From an uncultured delta proteobacterium (GTDB lineage: Bacteria; Desulfobacterota; Binatia; Binatales; Binataceae), in assembly GCA_963808235.1 (NCBI GenBank), contig CAWEEQ010000004.1:2464001-2528000 (forward strand): a DNA stretch of 64,000 bases, given 5' to 3'. The translations under genes were made by a program, and so were the position numbers. The notes under the pieces are model-generated. The model saw only the letters and a program-made list of their open reading frames with translations. It did not search any database and was not told the origin of the DNA. Shown here piece by piece: positions 57,258 through 64,000 of this stretch (positions are counted from its first letter, which is position 1; each line of letters starts with the position of its first letter).

Positions 57258-59126
57258 TCAGGCCGGAGCGGCGGCGAATCCTTCGCCGTCGTCGCCGCGC
57301 AAAATCGCGTCGAAGCGTTTGCCGAGATAGATGCGGCGCGCTTCGTCATCGGTGATAGCGGCGCGGCGCACGTCGCGCCGGCGTATCGGCCATATTCCAC
57401 CGACCATCGGATGCCGCCCCTGGCGGTAGCTGAAGAAATAGTAGGTGAACTGGCGCAGCACGCCCTTGCGCGACTCGGCGTCGAGTCCGCGCCCGCCGGC
57501 TACGGTGAACATGGTGTGCAGAAACCGCGGGATCGAGTAGAAGCCCTTGTACGCGTCGCGATAAGCGCCGAGCCAGCTTTCCTTGTCGAGCTTGTCGTGT
57601 TTGAGCGTCACGTGCTGCGAGTCGAGCTGGTTGAAATCCCAATCGATGATCGCGCCTTCCTTGGTGAAGCGCGCCTGATCCTCGGTGCCTGGCAGCGGAG
57701 TCATGATGAAGAATGACACGATGTCGAAGCCGATCTTTTTCAGCGTCGCCGCGGCAACTCGTCCGCAATCCGGACCGTCGAACGGGAAGCCGAGCATGTA
57801 TCCCGCATGCACCGATACGCCGACCTTGTGCCAGTTCTCGACCACGCGCCGGTACTTGTCGATCACATGAGCGCGCGCCGCTTCGAGCTTCCACTTATGC
57901 TGCCGGTCGTCGGTGTTCTGGTACTTGGTCGCAAAGTTGAGGTTGTCGGGATTGAGCGACTCGATTCCGACGAACGCCTGGTAGCATCCCGCCGCTGCGG
58001 CCAGCTCCGTGAAGCGCTTGCTGCGGCGATGCTTCGCGGTCTCGGTCTCGCCCTCGGCGATATTCGCGTAGCACGAAGCGTCAACGTCCACCTGCATCAT
58101 GAACGAGAGCTTCGGATACTCCTTCTTGACGTCGACCAGGCCGGTCAGAATTTCTTCCCATCGTGGCGAGCGGAAGAAGTCGTCGTCGACAAGGAACAGC
58201 GACTCGATACCGTGATTGCGGCACGCGTCGCGCACCCAGCTGACGACCGCGTCCGGCTCGCGCGAGCGCATCGTGCGGCCCATCACGTTCTTCACGCTGC
58301 AGTACGAGCAGGTGAAGGGGCATCCGCGCGAAGTGTCGAGCGTGGTCATCGTATCGTTGAAAAATCGGGTCAGGTAGCGGTCGTCGAGCACCGGCAGCAG
58401 CGACTCGGTGATTAGCGGAACGATGATGTCTTCCTGGCCGGTCTTGGCGCGAATTCCTTGCGTAACCGAATAGCTCTTGCGCAGCTCGCCGCGCAGGAAA
58501 TCCTCGACGATATCGCCCCAGATGTTCTCCGCCTCGCCGACGACCGTCGTGATGCCGCATTCGTTCAGGAACTTGACCGAGTCGGGAAAGCCGCTGACAT
58601 GGAATCCGCCCATCATGGTGGGCAAGCCCTCGGCGACGAACTGGAGTGCGAGGTCCCGTCCCCGCGGATACTGATTCGATTGCACGCCGGCGAGCCCGAT
58701 CAGCAGCTCGACACCGTCTTCGCGCGCCTTTTCCTTTATCGCCTTGATCGTCTCGGGGCTGACAATGCCGTCGCAGATTTCGTCCCAGATGACTGTCTCG
58801 AGGCGGACGTTTCGTTCAATTGCATAGCGCTTGTTGAACGCCTCGTTGAGCGCGGTCAGAACTGTCAACGTATTGTTTGGCTGCACGCCGTAGCGGAAAT
58901 ACTGGACGTAACCGTCCTCGTCATAGCGTGAGGGCTTGATAAAATAGATGCGGACGGTGCGGCACGGCTCCGGCTTCAGCGCCTGGTCGGCCACGACCCC
59001 CTCGCGAGCAGTCAGTTGGAGTGCCGAGGCCGGGCGGTCGCCGCCGTAGCGATTTGTCCCCAGCAGCCAGTAGAGGATACCTGCTGCGAAGACGAGAAAT
59101 GCGACAAGAAATGCAAGCAATAGCAT
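57258..59126 (-). CDS. Radical SAM protein (B12-binding-like class) with N-terminal TM helix
   Basis: TSRGCPFTCSYC, GGFHVSG, FVGIES, TPLPGT. Confidence 0.88.
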   Translation of the reverse strand: MLLLAFLVAFLVFAAGILYWLLGTNRYGGDRPASALQLTAREGVVADQALKPEPCRTVRIYFIKPSRYDEDGYVQYFRYGVQPNNTLTVLTALNEAFNKRYAIERNVRLETVIWDEICDGIVSPETIKAIKEKAREDGVELLIGLAGVQSNQYPRGRDLALQFVAEGLPTMMGGFHVSGFPDSVKFLNECGITTVVGEAENIWGDIVEDFLRGELRKSYSVTQGIRAKTGQEDIIVPLITESLLPVLDDRYLTRFFNDTMTTLDTSRGCPFTCSYCSVKNVMGRTMRSREPDAVVSWVRDACRNHGIESLFLVDDDFFRSPRWEEILTGLVDVKKEYPKLSFMMQVDVDASCYANIAEGETETAKHRRSKRFTELAAAAGCYQAFVGIESLNPDNLNFATKYQNTDDRQHKWKLEAARAHVIDKYRRVVENWHKVGVSVHAGYMLGFPFDGPDCGRVAAATLKKIGFDIVSFFIMTPLPGTEDQARFTKEGAIIDWDFNQLDSQHVTLKHDKLDKESWLGAYRDAYKGFYSIPRFLHTMFTVAGGRGLDAESRKGVLRQFTYYFFSYRQGRHPMVGGIWPIRRRDVRRAAITDDEARRIYLGKRFDAILRGDDGEGFAAAPA

Positions 59127-59294
59127 CAGTAATTCCTCTTCTTAACCATCATAACGAATTAGGGGGCGGCTACGGAATCTAACCGCTCGGTCAGACTAAA
59201 CAAGTCTCGACGGGCAAAGTCAACAGGTTCAGTCAACCACGTTAATAGTCGCAGCGTCGAGAGATTAGCTGGCCAAATCCTAGGTTTCCGGTCC

Positions 59295-61673
59295 CTAACG
59301 ATACATTTCGACCAGATTTATCAGGCCAAGGTCGCGGTACCGCTCGACCAGGTAACCCTTGACCTCCTGCACGCTGGCCATTTGGAGGGTCTCACGGGCG
59401 ATCAGCCGTGCGGTCTGATAGTCGACCTCGCGGATGACTTTCCGGACCACGGGGATGAACAGGGGGCTCAAGCTTAGTTCGTCGAGGCCCATCCCGACCA
59501 GCAGCAATGTCGCGAGCGGATCGCTCGCCATCTCGCCGCAGATGCATACTTCCTTGTCGGCCGCGCGCGCGACGTTGACGACCTCTGCTATCGCCGAGAT
59601 GACCGCCGGATGGAGCGCCTCGTACAGATGCGCGACCTTGGGGTTGTTACGATCAGCCGCCAGCAGGTACTGGATCAAATCGTTGGTGCCGACCGAGAAG
59701 AAATCGACCTCGCGCGCGAGCCGCGGCGCGAGCCACACGGCCGACGGCACCTCGACCATTATTCCCACTTCGATATTGGGATTGTGCTCGAGGCCTTCCT
59801 TGAACAATTCCGCCTGCGACTCGGCGAGCAACTCCTTGGCGCGGCGCAATTCCTCGAGGCTGGAGATCATGGGGAACATGATCCGAACGTTGTGCCGCGC
59901 GGCGGCGCGCAAGATCGCGCGAAGCTGAACCTTGAACAACCCCGACATCTCGAGCGAGATCCGTATCGAGCGCCAGCCCAGGAACGGATTCTCCTCGCGC
60001 GGCACCCGCATGTACGGTGGATACTTGTCGGCGCCGATATCGAGCGTGCGAATCGTGACCGGCCGTTTTCCGAGCGTCTCGAGCATCTGAGTATAAAGCG
60101 CCAACTGCTGATTCTCGTCGGGAAAGTCTTCGTACGTGAGAAACGAAAATTCCGAGCGCAGCAGCCCGATTCCTTCCGCGCCGTAGCGCAGCGCCAGATG
60201 GATATCGGGCAGCAGCGCGATATTCGCGAGCATCATGACGCGATGCCCGTCGCGGGTGGCGGTGGGCGCGACGCCCTCTTCCATCAGCTCTTTCTTGAAC
60301 GCCTCGTAACGTTTCGAGAGACTCACGTAGTCACGCTCGATCTCGCTGCCGGGGTTGACGTAAACGACGCCGGAGTTGCCGTCGAGCACGAGCTGGTCGC
60401 CTTCGACGACCGATTCCATCAGATGCTCGACGCCGACGACGGTCGGAATTTCAAATGCGCGCGCCAGGATCGCCGCGTGCGAAGTCACCCCGCCCGATTG
60501 CAGGGCGATGCCCGCGAGCTTCTCGTGCGAGACCAGCGTCAACTGCGAGAGCGTGAGCTCTTCGGCGACGATAATCGTGGGCTTGCTGAAAGCGCCCTTC
60601 TTGTCCTCCTGCCGAAGGTGACGCAGCACGCGATGGCCCACGTCGCGAAAGTCGGTCGCCCGCTCGCGCAGGTAATTTGTTTCCGCCGCCGCCAGCATCG
60701 AGGCGCTCATCTCCTCGATCACCCGAAACAGCGCGCTCTCGGCGGTGTAGCCGTCGCGGATCACCTCGCGGACACGGTCGACGAATTCCTCGTCTTCGAG
60801 GATCATGCGATGGCCGTCGAAGATCTGGAGGTCCGACTCGGGCATCAGCGGTTCCATCCTGGTCCGCAGCGTCGCAAGCTCGGTGAGCGAGCGGGCGAGC
60901 GCGTCCTCGAAGCGCTTGCCCTCGGCTTTTGGATCGCGGGACTTCTGATGGCGGTTGATGCTGCTCAGAAAAGTTCCGACCACGTGGGCGAGGCCCTGCG
61001 CGAATCCGGGCGAAGCGGAAAGTCCGGCCAGCCGCGGGCGGCGGATTTTCATCGCCGGTGCGTGACGGGTCTTGCCGCCGACCTTTTCGTAGTCCTTTAG
61101 CTGGCGGTTGGCCTCGATCATTCGCCGGCGGTATTCGAGCCGCTCCTTTTCCTTGGTGGCCAGCGACTCGCGTAATCGAAAGTGGGAAAGAATCTGCGCG
61201 ACCTGGTTGGCGGCGGTGTTGAGCAGGCGAATCTCGCTCTTGTTGAATTTGCGCCGCTCCAGGGTTTGCGTGACCAGCACTCCGAGCGGCTTCTTGTGCC
61301 CGTCGAGAACCGGCACGCCGAGAAAAGTGTGATAACGCTCCTCACCGGTCTCGGGAAAATATTTGTAGCGCGGATGGCTGATCGCGTCGGCAACATAAAC
61401 CGGCTCGTCCTTCTCGATCACGAGCCCGACCAGCCCCTCGTTGACGCGCATCGAGACCTTACCGACCGATTCGCGATCGAGGCCGATCGTCGCGCGCAGC
61501 ACTGCCCGCTCGCGCTGCGGATCGAAGAGATACAGCGAGCAGACCTCAGCCTCCATGCCGCCGGCGATCGCCGAGACGACCTGGTCGAGAGTGTCGCGCA
61601 AGTCGTCGGAATGCTCTCCGCCAATGGCGGAAAGATGTTCGATCAGCGCGAGGCGATCCTTATTGGCACTCAT
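59295..61673 (-). CDS. ptsP: GAF-containing PEP--protein phosphotransferase (EI-Ntr)
   Basis: N-terminal GAF (ETGEERY), GGVTSHAAI, EENPFLGWR, SVGTNDL, CGEMA. Confidence 0.95.
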   Translation of the reverse strand: MSANKDRLALIEHLSAIGGEHSDDLRDTLDQVVSAIAGGMEAEVCSLYLFDPQRERAVLRATIGLDRESVGKVSMRVNEGLVGLVIEKDEPVYVADAISHPRYKYFPETGEERYHTFLGVPVLDGHKKPLGVLVTQTLERRKFNKSEIRLLNTAANQVAQILSHFRLRESLATKEKERLEYRRRMIEANRQLKDYEKVGGKTRHAPAMKIRRPRLAGLSASPGFAQGLAHVVGTFLSSINRHQKSRDPKAEGKRFEDALARSLTELATLRTRMEPLMPESDLQIFDGHRMILEDEEFVDRVREVIRDGYTAESALFRVIEEMSASMLAAAETNYLRERATDFRDVGHRVLRHLRQEDKKGAFSKPTIIVAEELTLSQLTLVSHEKLAGIALQSGGVTSHAAILARAFEIPTVVGVEHLMESVVEGDQLVLDGNSGVVYVNPGSEIERDYVSLSKRYEAFKKELMEEGVAPTATRDGHRVMMLANIALLPDIHLALRYGAEGIGLLRSEFSFLTYEDFPDENQQLALYTQMLETLGKRPVTIRTLDIGADKYPPYMRVPREENPFLGWRSIRISLEMSGLFKVQLRAILRAAARHNVRIMFPMISSLEELRRAKELLAESQAELFKEGLEHNPNIEVGIMVEVPSAVWLAPRLAREVDFFSVGTNDLIQYLLAADRNNPKVAHLYEALHPAVISAIAEVVNVARAADKEVCICGEMASDPLATLLLVGMGLDELSLSPLFIPVVRKVIREVDYQTARLIARETLQMASVQEVKGYLVERYRDLGLINLVEMYR

Positions 61674-61820
61674 TTCGAAGGTCTCAGCGAAGGCGCAAAA
61701 ATTTTATCCCAGCCATCGCGTCGCGAACAATGGCGCGGCGCAATTCGGTAGCGGGTCAGTTTGAAGGACGCTCGGATCGACGACTATCGTAAATCAGCAA
61801 AAAGCGGGTGGAGATGCAGC

Positions 61821-62312
61821 ATGAACGAAATGACGTTCCGTGCACCACGCGACGACGACTGGGCGGCTATTCTGAACCTCGCGGAACTGTCGCTTGGTGA
61901 ATTGCCGAATGCGCCCAGTCAAATTGAGTGGCTGAACAATCGGAGATCGTTCTCGCCGTCAGATGGAATCCAACGACATTTTGTGGCCACCTCCGGCGAG
62001 CGCATCGTCGGGTACGCTTGCGTTGAGCACCCCATCAAAGTCGCTGACGGCGAGTACAGACTGTGGGTGGTCATGGAACCGTCCGCACGCACGACGCTCG
62101 GGACCAAGCTGCTCGCAAGACTTCGGGATTGCCTGCTCAGCGTCGGAGCGCATCGCGCGAAGATGGTGGAGTACGAAGCCGACGTCCGCTTCATTTCCTA
62201 CCTGGAAGAGATGGGATTCGTAAGGCTGAACACGCTCAATTTGGATGACGGAATTCGCGCCGTCGAATTAGGCATGGACGCCCCATTCCAATCGTTGGCT
62301 AAGCCGGCCTGA
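61821..62312 (+). CDS. GNAT family protein
   Basis: RHFVA..GERIVGY, V.PSAR..LGTKLL...GF. Confidence 0.75.
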   Translation: MNEMTFRAPRDDDWAAILNLAELSLGELPNAPSQIEWLNNRRSFSPSDGIQRHFVATSGERIVGYACVEHPIKVADGEYRLWVVMEPSARTTLGTKLLARLRDCLLSVGAHRAKMVEYEADVRFISYLEEMGFVRLNTLNLDDGIRAVELGMDAPFQSLAKPA

Positions 62313-62343
62313 TCTTCCAAAAACAAATGGCGCAAAGCGGACT

Positions 62344-62502
62344 CTATTCCGCGTCGGAATCGCGATCCGGATCTTCGAAGCCCGGCGGAAGCACGGCCTG
62401 CGGCGCCTTCGAACTTCGCTCGCGGAGCCGCTCGACCAAGCCCGGAATCATAGCCGTGAGGCCGGTCGGAAGCGCTTTGATCGCAGCGTCGTCGAACTTC
62501 AA
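62344..62502 (-). CDS. Possible 52-aa small protein
   Basis: TTG..TAG ORF just downstream of the PHP gene: LKFDDAAIKALPTGLTAMIPGLVERLRERSSKAPQAVLPPGFEDPDRDSDAE. Confidence 0.35.
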   Translation of the reverse strand: MKFDDAAIKALPTGLTAMIPGLVERLRERSSKAPQAVLPPGFEDPDRDSDAE

Positions 62503-62506
62503 ATTG

Positions 62507-63244
62507 TTAACTGGTCGATTCCGAAGGCTCGAATGGCACGAGCGAGCCTTTTAGCAGGCCGCGGCCGGCGCGGCATCGCTTGGATCGGATCGCGTCGATT
62601 AGCGCCCGCTCGTCGTTGATCGGCGCGTCGAGCAGGGTCGTTACGCATCCTACCGAGCCCGCCGAATGAGAGTCTGAGCCTGCCACTTCGGCCAGGCCGA
62701 GCTCGCGCGCGACCTTGAGCGCGAACACGTTCTCGTCCTCGCCGCAGGCGCCGTTGAGAACTTCGATCGCGTCGACCATCTCGAAAATTTTGAGCTTGGC
62801 GGCGCGATCGGGATAGGTTGGATCGATTGGCTCGGAGTCGGGATTGATAAACGAGAACCGCGGATCGAGTTTGTAGCGGAACGGATGATTCGCGATCAGG
62901 ATTCCGCCCTCCAGGTCCACGACTCGCCGCAGCTCGGGGAGCTTGTAGATTCCGCCGACGTAACGCTCGAGCCCGAACGCGCCGATATGGCCCATGTCGG
63001 TGGTGACTTCCATGCCGCGCAGGAAGATCACGCCCGAGCTGTCGGACAGCTCCGCCATCTCGCGGAGGTCCCACATGTTGTCATGCTCGGTGATACAAAC
63101 CGCGCCGATCCCAATCGCCGATGCGCGCGCGACCAGGTCCTTCAGCGCGAGGTTCGAGTCCGAACTGCCGCGGTTGGTATGGAGATGAAGGTCGACGCTG
63201 AAGTAGGGCCCCGCTGATGGGTGCCCGCTTCGTGAATCCGTCAT
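62507..63244 (-). CDS. PHP domain metal-dependent phosphoesterase
   Basis: DLHLHT..GSSD, ITEHD, GMEV, NHP, GSDSH. Confidence 0.9.
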   Translation of the reverse strand: MTDSRSGHPSAGPYFSVDLHLHTNRGSSDSNLALKDLVARASAIGIGAVCITEHDNMWDLREMAELSDSSGVIFLRGMEVTTDMGHIGAFGLERYVGGIYKLPELRRVVDLEGGILIANHPFRYKLDPRFSFINPDSEPIDPTYPDRAAKLKIFEMVDAIEVLNGACGEDENVFALKVARELGLAEVAGSDSHSAGSVGCVTTLLDAPINDERALIDAIRSKRCRAGRGLLKGSLVPFEPSESTS

Positions 63245-63258
63245 ACGCGATCGCCGCG

Positions 63259-63822
63259 CTACTTGGGCGGCTCCTTCGCGAGCGTGATTTTCTTCATGTG
63301 ATCGCCCTTCTGAATCTGATCGACCACGTCCATGCCCTTAATCACGCCGCCAAAGATCGTGTATTGGGCGTCGAGTGAGGGCTGCGGCGCAAGGCAAATG
63401 TAGAATTGGCTGCCGCTCGAGTCGCGCTGCGGGTTGACCTGGTCGCTGGTGCGCGCGGTGGCCAGAGTGCCGCGCAGATGATGCTCGTTCTTGTCGATTT
63501 CCCCGGGGACCGTGTAACCGGGACCGCCCGTCCCGGTCCCGTCGGGATCGCCGCCTTGCACGACGAAGTCAGGAACCACGCGATGCCAGGTAAGGCCGTT
63601 GTAGAAGCCCTTGTTTACGAGCGTCTCGAAGTTGGCAACGGTCTTGGGCGCGACCTTGTCGTAAAGCTCGACTACGATGGTGCCGCGTTCGGTTTCGATG
63701 ATTGCGTAATGGCCGGTGTTTCTCACGGGTAGTCCATCCGTTGCGCCCTTGCAGGCCGAGGCGAGCGCGATCACTGCCACGAACACTGCGAGGCACGGTA
63801 GTTTGAGATAGTTGCGTTTCAT
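63259..63822 (-). CDS. Cyclophilin-type peptidyl-prolyl isomerase (lipoprotein)
   Basis: Lipobox ASAC; APKTVANF, HRVVPDFVVQGGDP, SGSQFYI. Confidence 0.93.
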   Translation of the reverse strand: MKRNYLKLPCLAVFVAVIALASACKGATDGLPVRNTGHYAIIETERGTIVVELYDKVAPKTVANFETLVNKGFYNGLTWHRVVPDFVVQGGDPDGTGTGGPGYTVPGEIDKNEHHLRGTLATARTSDQVNPQRDSSGSQFYICLAPQPSLDAQYTIFGGVIKGMDVVDQIQKGDHMKKITLAKEPPK

Positions 63823-64000
63823 TCCTCACTCACATTCGCAGGAGCAAGCAAAAGTCCATGCGGGAAGTTTAAGTCAGAGTCCTTCATGGAAGTATCGGAG
63901 GCGTGCGCGATCCGCAAGCGCCGGAATACGTCGAAGATCGCGTTGCCATCCTTTGACAAAACTTAGCGGACAAACTTAGCGATAATTGCGGCCACTTTGG

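Noticed and set aside
61747-61766. GGTAGCGGGTCAGTTTGAAG, a GTAG-REP or IS-end-like motif before the GNAT gene
   Set aside because: No matching inverted partner found after the gene
63955-63981. Short tandem duplication GACAAA(A)CTTAGCG x2
   Set aside because: At the window edge with only two copies; context is insufficient to interpret

Overview
64 kb of GC-rich, Gram-negative bacterial chromosome. The gene content and style are consistent with a soil Binatota or Deltaproteobacteria-like organism, which is inference only. The left third is a broken-up respiratory supercluster: heme A synthase, aa3-type oxidase coxA/coxB, and a split cytochrome b6/subunit IV complex with heme ci, an octaheme cytochrome c, a cupredoxin-like protein and two unannotated microproteins, but no Rieske gene. 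A detached 'PDNIP' module sits next to a 4x[4Fe-4S] ferredoxin 6.5 kb away. Housekeeping genes include greA, hbd, plsC, copA, queA-tgt-yajC-secD (no secF), aroF, groES/EL with CIRCE, cyaY, ptsP and a cyclophilin. Accessory features are an orphan RHS toxin/immunity cassette bounded by a perfect 18-bp direct repeat, a DUF559 nuclease bracketed by perfect 44-bp inverted repeats with solo copies elsewhere, a nest of IS5/IS1106-like MITEs inserted into REP hairpins, a REP-punctuated accessory gene run (40.6-47.3 kb), a BrnTA toxin-antitoxin pair and a WYL regulator with a probable operator. Three genes carry single-base frameshifts that may be sequencing errors. No tRNA, rRNA or CRISPR array was recognised.
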